Assembly (NCBI GenBank): GCA_951406725.2
Contig: OX597814.1
Span: 199,144,001 to 199,208,000, forward strand
DNA length: 64,000 nucleotides
Direction: 5' to 3'
From: Octopus vulgaris
Lineage: Eukaryota
Under the pieces are notes generated by a model. That model was not told the DNA's origin. It saw only the letters and a program-made list of their open reading frames with translations, and searched no databases. Shown in pieces: positions 63,411 to 64,000 of this stretch (positions within the stretch are counted from its first letter, which is position 1; every line of letters starts with the position of its first letter). The position numbers and the translations under genes are program-made.

Positions 63411-64000
63411 CCACAAAATCTCTACGATGATGAGGAGGAATATACCGGTTCTTTTGTATAGAAGAGGCGGTATTGCTATGAATTCAGCTCCATCAGCTTA
63501 TTTACAACCATGTACAAGTTATGCGCACACAAAATGCAAAAGGGTGGAAAACAAATTAATCTAATTTTTCGAAAAAAAAAACTTTTAATAAAGAACAAAG
63601 CATTTAAGAGTTTCCTATTATTTTTATTCTCTCTCCCTCTCTGTCTTTCGCTTGTTAATTTGTGTGTGGAGTCAGTCACCCTCGCACATTAGTATTGCCT
63701 TTACAGGGAGACAACTCTCTTTCTTATGAAACTAACTTATCTCTCCGTTCCGATTAAAAATTACTTTGTATGTTATCTGTCCCTACAAGTTAATTAATAT
63801 TGCTAGAACTTCTAGTCACAGAAAGTGGATAGCATTTTATCTGATTGATTTCATTCATTTAAATGGATAACATTTATTTTTCTAACATTTTGCTAATTCT
63901 TTCTCTTCTACAGTGAAAGTTTTACGATAGAAATATTTTAGCTGATATTGTTAAGCCGCAGATTTAGCCCTATGTATCTAGATTAAATTTATTACTAAAA

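Overview
AT-rich, microsatellite-saturated eukaryotic non-coding DNA (intronic or intergenic). The SINE families and the (TA)n/(CA)n/(GATA)n load suggest a coleoid cephalopod such as Octopus; this is inferred, not proven. No host gene is confidently identifiable, and nearly all listed ORFs are microsatellite or SINE artefacts. The recognisable coding remnants are all transposon-derived: a young 5'-truncated Tx1-clade LINE (intact 464-aa RT/zf-RVT frame) embedded in a (GATA)n array, several R4/Dong fragments next to (TAA)n, RTE and CR1 remnants, two mariner relics and a Penelope-like RT fragment. Non-autonomous elements include several tRNA-derived SINE families (labelled A-D here), two Merlin-like MITEs, two Helitrons and several fold-back elements. 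Most notable: (1) several minimal type-I hammerhead ribozyme (HHR) motifs in Penelope-like fold-back repeats, including one with a compensatory G3:C8 core swap and one carried by a tRNA-headed SINE-like element with a 5' micro-inversion; (2) three apparent microsatellite-targeting retroelement systems (GATA, TAA, TG/TA); (3) several local templated duplications. Coordinates of degenerate repeats are approximate and were read by eye.
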